Positions 13,268-19,276 of a DNA stretch of 19,276 bases are shown piece by piece; position 1 is the stretch's first letter, and the number at the start of each line of letters is the position of its first letter. Position numbers and translations under genes: made by a program. Source of the DNA: Azolla caroliniana (Eukaryota; Plantae; Polypodiophyta); the NCBI GenBank assembly GCA_043228905.1, contig JBHGNT010000613.1, positions 1 to 19,276 of the forward strand, given 5' to 3'. The notes below the pieces were generated by a model that searched no databases, was not told where the DNA came from, and worked only from the letters and a program-made list of their open reading frames with translations.

Positions 13268-13975
13268 CCATGGTGTGCAGTACCACGAAATTGAAGTATG
13301 TGCAACGTTTGTATTGCAAATCTACAAACCCTTTTGACAAAAATCAACAAGCTCATCGATATAAAAAATCAACAAGCTACGAAATTGAAGTATGTGCCAT
13401 GATATTGACGAGCTCAATGCTCCACTGGTCTACAAACTCATTCGTAAGCAATGTACAGTACCACAAAACTCTAGTGTAGATACGAATTTTGTATCACAAA
13501 GCTATAGACCCTTTTGATGAAATTTGGTAAGCTCAATGGTCCATGATATCAATGAACTAGGAATCAACAATGGCTCATCTCAAGCATAAGCCGAACCATT
13601 AAGTTGTTTTAAAGGGTTTGGCAGTTCAATTCAATTTAGTTTAGGCTTGAGCTTCCTTGACCAGTTTGAGCTCAGTTTGGGATGGTTCAAGCCGAACTAA
13701 ACTAATTTTGACCAAACCGGTTCAGGCTTAATTGGCTTGGCAAACTGGTTTTGCCTTAACCAGTTTGGTTCAAGTTTGGGAACTCCCAAATCGGTTAAGG
13801 CTTAATCAGTTTGGTTTGGAAAAGGCCAAACCAGTTAAGCTGAAAGCAAACCATTGACGATTCCTACGAACGAACTTAGATGTCCACAAATCAACGAACT
13901 CAGTTGTACGCAATGCAAAGTACCAGGGAACTCAAGTTTATACAATGTTTGTATCGTAAAGCTATTGACCCTTTA
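13268..13975. repeat. Old degenerate ~150-180-bp tandem repeat (3 units), split by the MITE
   Basis: GTACCA...TTTGTAT...AAA(T/G)CTA...ACCCTTT recurs at 13280, 13458 and 13920. Confidence 0.7.
13558..13866. mobile_element. Non-autonomous hAT-like MITE (309 bp)
   Basis: 16-bp terminal inverted repeats TAGGAATCAACAATGG / CCATTGACGATTCCTA (14/16 match). The interior is packed with AAACC(G/A)G, CCGAAC and GGTT subrepeats. Flanks CAATGAAC (13550-13557) and GAACGAAC (13868-13875) resemble a decayed 8-bp TSD (6/8, 1-nt offset). Confidence 0.8.
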
Positions 13976-14174
13976 GGAAATGTTATGGTTGGTTTATGGG
14001 AGCTTTCTGGCCAAAGGGCATTTGAGAAATTAACAAAACCTCAGGGATATTATTGAAATAAACAAAAACCACGGGAGCTTACAAACACTGCCATAGCTTT
14101 TTGAAAATGAAACTGAGGAAGATCTGAATTTGTAGCGTTTCCTCTGTTACTTCTTCTTCTTCTCACCAGATGAC

Positions 14175-16815
14175 ATGGATGACCTTGCTCCTGTTGCACA
14201 GACCATCATCAGGAAGTCCTCTTTCTTTGCGTGTTACCTTCTCTGCTCGCAAAAACCTCGATGTGGTCGAACATACATAGGGTAAGTTCAACTTTTTTTG
14301 TTTTCTTTTTTTCTCAAATCATGTTAACTCCTTCAGTTGTGAGTTATTTTCTTGTATTATTCGCTCTTTCATTGCTTCCCGAAATTGGAAAGAATGTAAT
14401 ATTTGATTCAATATGTATGTTGGGAAACATATCTGAGAGATTGTCCAAAAGAAGTTTGTCATAGAAACGCCCCAATTCTTATACGAAAAACAAGTTGAAA
14501 CAAAAATTCACATTCTTTAGCTGAAGCGATCGTAGGACACGAGAGAGATGGGAGAAATAAATAATCAATAAAAGCCAGAACACAGCTTTTTTATGAGATA
14601 ATAATAAAATCATCATTACATAGGGGTAACAAATAGGTTTTTGAACATATGACGTGATTGTACTATAAAAAGAAAAAGAAAGAATTTTCTAATTTTTGAC
14701 AGCAATTTCAGCTAATCCAATAGTTTACAAAAAAGGAAAAGGAAAATAAAGAAATAAATTCTATTGTTCTCTAATAATCATGAGCTCTTAAATAGTTATG
14801 TATATCATACATGTATCTGAATGAACGTAATAAATATGCCAATGCAACTCATACACATTGAAGCAGGATAGAACAAGGAATATCATCATGTCCATAGATG
14901 TCCTGGAAGAGCAATCTAATATTTTTCTTATTGCCAATGGTAACTTGCTTCCTATATAATTGTTTCTCAATCTCTTGAAAATACAAATTAGTGGGAGAAA
15001 ACAATAAATCTGAACATGTCCTAGAAGAGCAACCTACTGTTTACTATACTGTCAATTTTATTTTGTTACCATTTCTTGCTAGCTTTTCACGCAGTTGAGA
15101 TTGATATATATAATGTATCCCTTTTGCATAATATGGATAGCCTTTCAGAAACGAGGAACTTGAACATTGGTATATAGAATTATCTTCATTGAGTGTTATG
15201 AGTGCCATCAGGTGGAGACAAATGTGAAAGTTGATAAAGTTACATACACATCACTCATGTTGTATTCTCCCATAGTGGTGTTATATTCTGCGAAGAAATG
15301 TGTTCAATGTTTAGATCTTGGAGTTGTTATGTGATTCTCACTATTTATATGTTTACCACATACTATTGAAGATCAATGGTCTATAATTATGAAAGCATAA
15401 CAATGATGCAGGTTCACAGTTAATCCAAGACGTCGTATTAGACAGCACAATGGAGAAATTACCTCTGGTGCATTTAGAACAAAGAAATGGAGGCCGTGGG
15501 AGATGATTCTCTGTATTTATGGATTCCCTTCTCAAGTACATGCACTTCAGGTAGCTGAATATAGGTCTGCTTTCTTATCATGAATTGCCTACAAATGGTG
15601 ATTTTGTCTTACTAAAATGAGCATTGGATGTTCTTTCTTCCCAGTTTGAATGGGCATGGCAACATCCTCACAAATCCTTAGTAGTGAGGGAGGCTATAGC
15701 TGGCATAAAGGCTCTAGGAGGGAAACAAGGAAAAGTCATGGTCATGTACAAAATGTTGAATATACCGAAATGGAATAAGTATAGTATACAACCCTATTTT
15801 TTATCATTTGACATTTTGTTGTCAATAATCAGGATTTTTAATTGTCTACTTTGATTGCAGACTTGATCTTATCGTCAATTTTCTTTCGACAAAACATCTC
15901 CCCTTGGCCAAGAAGTGTCCATGTCTCCCTCCTCAAATGCAAGTTAAAGTTGGTCCATTAGAGGATCTCCCCTGCTATCTAGACTTGGATGACTCTGATG
16001 GTGACAACATTGATGATGTCAACAATGATGATGGTGACAATGATAATGACAACAATGATGATGGCAGCAACAACGATGAACTTGACATGCTCAATAAGCG
16101 AAGTGAAGATGCACCATCCTGCACAAGTCCCACTGTAACAACAAACATTGAAACATTGTGGCAACTTGGGCAAGAACCACCTTCGATGGATCATGATGGT
16201 TATAGAAAATCTGTGGATGCCGTTTTAGCAGAGGACTTACCACATCCTTTGGCTTTTAAGAGTTCCTTTGGTTGTACTAATCCAATAGAGACTGGTGATA
16301 TCCATTGCAATCATTTTGTTTTAGTGAACTTGGATGAATCCACTATGTCTGAGGAGAGACAAATGAGCCGGAGTGGTGCCAAGGTCTTGGTCAATCTAGT
16401 TTCACCAGAATCACATTGTAAGCACGTAGGACATCAAGATGACATGAAATCACATCAACAACATGAGATGGAAGCAGATAAGCTCAACATGCGATCATAT
16501 TGGAAACCGATAAAGAGTGGTCATGACACTACCACTGATTTAAGCCCTACCACCCCAAATGCTCATCCTCACAATGAAGATACCAGAAGTTTGTTAAACA
16601 TTTCTCAATTTTCACCTTTATGGTCTCCTTCCCCATGCCAAACATCTGGAGGCATGATAGATTTATCTCAATGTGTACCAAATAACATTTTCAATACACC
16701 GAAACCAGATTCTTCTGCGTTGCGACCGCATTTGGAAGAAGGGCATGTTCTTTCACACTTTCAGGGAAAACAAAGCGAGATAATTGACCTAACATCATCC
16801 CCTGTCGCCCCTTAA
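14175..16815 (+). CDS. SLX1: Structure-specific endonuclease subunit SLX1 (GIY-YIG); exons 14175-14281, 15412-15550, 15645-15778, 15861-16815 (444 aa)
   Basis: FFACYLL...[43 protein letters not shown]...[11 protein letters not shown] is the SLX1 GIY-YIG signature with catalytic Tyr, Arg, His and Glu intact. It is followed by plant-type CPCLPPQM...DLPCY and a long acidic tail. GT-AG introns give 1335 nt. An in-frame TAG lies at 14133, upstream of the ATG. Confidence 0.93.
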
Positions 16816-17061
16816 TATAGCCCCAATTCGTTGATTAGAAGAGGAAGAATTTGTACTATAATATAATTGTATATGAATGCTTCAGATGTGAAAGTAGCTC
16901 ACTGATGTAATGCATGTTAGTTTCTAATTGGAGGAACTATTTGCGGTATGCCATGTTCCAAGCACAATTGAGAACATGCAAAAATAGCCCTTATGACGTA
17001 AGACAAAAGGTTTATATTACATAACAATTACATGTTCTTTTATGATGAAATAAGTGCTTCC

Positions 17062-17100
17062 CTTGCATATATACATATAAGTTATATGTATATATGCAAG
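17062..17100. repeat. Perfect palindrome with 19-bp arms and a 1-nt spacer
   Basis: CTTGCATATATACATATAA-G-TTATATGTATATATGCAAG; the arms are exact reverse complements. Confidence 0.95.
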
Positions 17101-17201
17101 AAAACCCTCATGCCCATAGAAGCCTTGACATTGATATAACTTATGATGAAAAATATGAAATCAATGTCAAGGCTTCTATGGGCATGAGGGTTTTCTTGCA
17201 T
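17094..17201. repeat. Perfect 42-bp inverted repeat with a 24-nt loop
   Basis: ATGCAAGAAAACCCTCATGCCCATAGAAGCCTTGACATTGAT (17094-17135) is the exact reverse complement of 17160-17201. Confidence 0.97.
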
Positions 17202-18299
17202 CAAACTACAACTGCAATACTGATTTTGTAATGTTTTCATGTGGCTGATTGTATCTCAAAGTAGATTATAATGGTTTTGATATAGTAGTCTTGGTTCCAT
17301 ATTGGGAATATGTATAGATTAGCTTAAAAAGAGGGCTATGTACCAAATGTTTTGTTATGGAAGTAGTCTCTCAATATCTTATGCAATATATAAAGATACT
17401 TCATTATGATGCCTTCCTAACTTATGGAGGCTCTTGCACTTTGGTAGATTATCCAATGGTATTCTTCAACAAAGTTGCCTTTTGTTGCCCAATGCTTTTA
17501 CAAGACATCTCTATGCATGATTGATTCATTGTTTGGGTGAATATATTACTCAAGTGTCAACATCCTTAAAGATAACAAGAGATTGTTTAGATGAATATAT
17601 TTGTGGTTATTTAATAGTTATCCTGATACATAACTTATGAGTGTTCAAATGAATGTGTTTCTCTCATAATTGAAAACAAGCATTTTGACATCTAGTTGGC
17701 AAGTGTTTAATAATGTGCTCTTGCTTCAACTCAAAGTCATGTAGTTAAGCACTTGAAGTCATTCTCCTTATCTTTTAAGACAAAAGGTTTAGATTACATA
17801 ACAATTACATGTTATTTTATGATGTTATCTTTAAGGATGTTACTCTCATCTACTCATGTTATATTGTGGGTAAGTAATGATTTGCCCTTTATCATGAGAG
17901 CAATAATGAAGAATAAAAGTCTCTCCAAAACTGTCTAGTTTTGTACCTTATGAAGGCTTAGTTTCCAACTCCAAGATCCTACAGTTCCTACCCCATGTAG
18001 AAAACTAGGCTCAATGCATGAGTACAGTCGAATTTGTACACTCAGGCGTAGTGCATGGGACATCGCAACTTCTCTCGAGGCTTTACAACCTTTGACAACC
18101 TTTCAATCTCAGAACTGATACTTGACTCGGCGGGATACTGAGATGGACAAGATAATAGATATGTATGTACTTGATGGACAGGAGCATACTGCGATGGACG
18201 GGATTATGTATGTACTCGATGGCCGGATGGACGGCCATCTATGGTACATACTCTTCTTCATGAAGGGCAAGAGACAGGCAAGGCAACAGAAGAACACCT

Positions 18300-18324
18300 G
18301 AAGGAAGGAAGGAAGGAAGGAAGG
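18300..18324. repeat. (GAAG)n tetranucleotide microsatellite
   Basis: About six GAAG copies are directly visible. Confidence 0.9.
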
Positions 18325-18597
18325 TTTGGGCTGAGCAGTGAGCACCAGAGAAGAAATGAGATGCATGTATCCATATGATCCATGGCGATGTGATATGAAC
18401 CTCGACAATCCTCCTGCGCTGCTTCGCCCCTCTCCCTCCTCTCTGTCACTCTCAACGAATCCTGCGATCCAGCAAAATCGTTACTGGGCCTCAGAGGCCC
18501 GCCCCATTTGGTGATGGATGATGGCACGTAGCCATGCTGCTGCTCACTGCATCTCTCCCACCCCATCCATGTCTCAGACAGATCTTCCGAACCCCCC

Positions 18598-19276
18598 ATG
18601 GTGAACAATCCGCCCCTCGGCTGCTGCAGCAGCAAAGGGATAAGGGAGAGAGAATGGAGCGAGAAACCATGGAAACAAACCCTTAGCCTGTTGCTCGATG
18701 AATCGGGAACCGCAGTAGACGGCGATTCCAGCCTCTATGCGGCTCTGCTGCGACACTGCGGGAATTCCAGATCCCTCTTGGAGGGACGCCGCATCCATGC
18801 CCACATGAGTGGAAGTGGGCATCTCAGGAATCGCTACCTCAAGAACCTGCTCTTGCAGATGTATGCCAAATGTGGTGCTGTGCAGGATGCAACGGACCTC
18901 TTCGCCAAATTCAGCCAACCAGACGTGTTCTCCTGGACCTTCATCATCGCAGCTCATGCCCATACCCATGCCCATTACCACGATCATGGTATCACTGCCT
19001 CACAACTTTTTCAACAAATGCAACAACAAGGGGAACTTCCCAATAACCATACTCTTGTTTACATTCTTTCCGTGTGTGCCAACCATATGTTGCTTCCACT
19101 CGGGAAGCTCATCCATGCTCTCGTTGTTGGGGGTAGGGATCATATGTCCAACGTCATGGTTCTCAGTTCTTTGATCAATATGTATGGAAAGTGTAGATGT
19201 TTATATAATGCACTGCAGCTCTTCAATGGCATGCCTGACACCAGTGTGGTATCGTGGAATGTTCTGATCTCTGCAT
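18598..19276 (+). CDS. PLS-class pentatricopeptide repeat protein, 5' part (runs off the window; start uncertain)
   Basis: This frame is absent from the ORF track because it has no stop in the window. It reads YAALLRHCGNSRSLLEGRRIHAH, NLLLQMYAKCGAVQDATDLF, DVFSWTFIIAA, ILSVCA...GKLIH, SSLINMYGKC and VVSWNVLISA, which are alternating L/S/P motifs typical of organellar RNA-editing factors. 18598 is the first ATG after an in-frame TAG at 18529. Confidence 0.88.
   Translation, partial: MVNNPPLGCCSSKGIREREWSEKPWKQTLSLLLDESGTAVDGDSSLYAALLRHCGNSRSLLEGRRIHAHMSGSGHLRNRYLKNLLLQMYAKCGAVQDATDLFAKFSQPDVFSWTFIIAAHAHTHAHYHDHGITASQLFQQMQQQGELPNNHTLVYILSVCANHMLLPLGKLIHALVVGGRDHMSNVMVLSSLINMYGKCRCLYNALQLFNGMPDTSVVSWNVLISA

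Larger units (their letters stand above)
16999..17824. repeat. Dispersed 49-bp direct repeat (16999-17047 and 17776-17824)
   Basis: TAAGACAAAAGGTTTA(T/G)ATTACATAACAATTACATGTT(C/A)TTTTATGATG, 47/49 identical, 777 bp apart. Confidence 0.92.

Noticed and set aside
14890-15045. Short direct repeat ATGTCCT(G/A)GAAGAGCAA in SLX1 intron 1
   Set aside because: A small local duplication with no further structure.
18109-19174. ORF-track calls 18109-18408, 18258-18635, 18574-18987 (-) and 18809-19174 (+)
   Set aside because: Antisense or shifted-frame shadows of the GC-richer PPR region; the PPR motifs are in a different frame.

Overview
Eukaryotic nuclear DNA from a land plant; a fern or other seed-free vascular plant is my inference. 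Three spliced genes can be rebuilt with canonical GT-AG introns: peptide deformylase 1A (+, 2305-4902, 4 exons, 267 aa), splicing factor YJU2/CCDC94 (-, 12346-7491, 8 exons, 328 aa) and GIY-YIG structure-specific endonuclease SLX1 (+, 14175-16815, 4 exons, 444 aa). A PLS-class PPR gene (+, from about 18598) runs off the right edge. Mobile DNA comprises a decayed LINE 3' end interrupted by a 720-bp solo LTR (611-1330) and a 309-bp hAT-like MITE (13558-13866) between YJU2 and SLX1. Micro- and minisatellites are frequent. Three non-coding signals stand out: a perfect 42-bp inverted repeat overlapping a perfect 19-bp-arm palindrome just downstream of SLX1; a triplicated unit in YJU2 intron 1 whose small stems stay paired on the transcribed strand and which contains candidate poison exons; and a 31-bp minisatellite of consensus 5' splice sites in PDF1A intron 1. 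None is a demonstrated new system. All are hypotheses that need RNA data.
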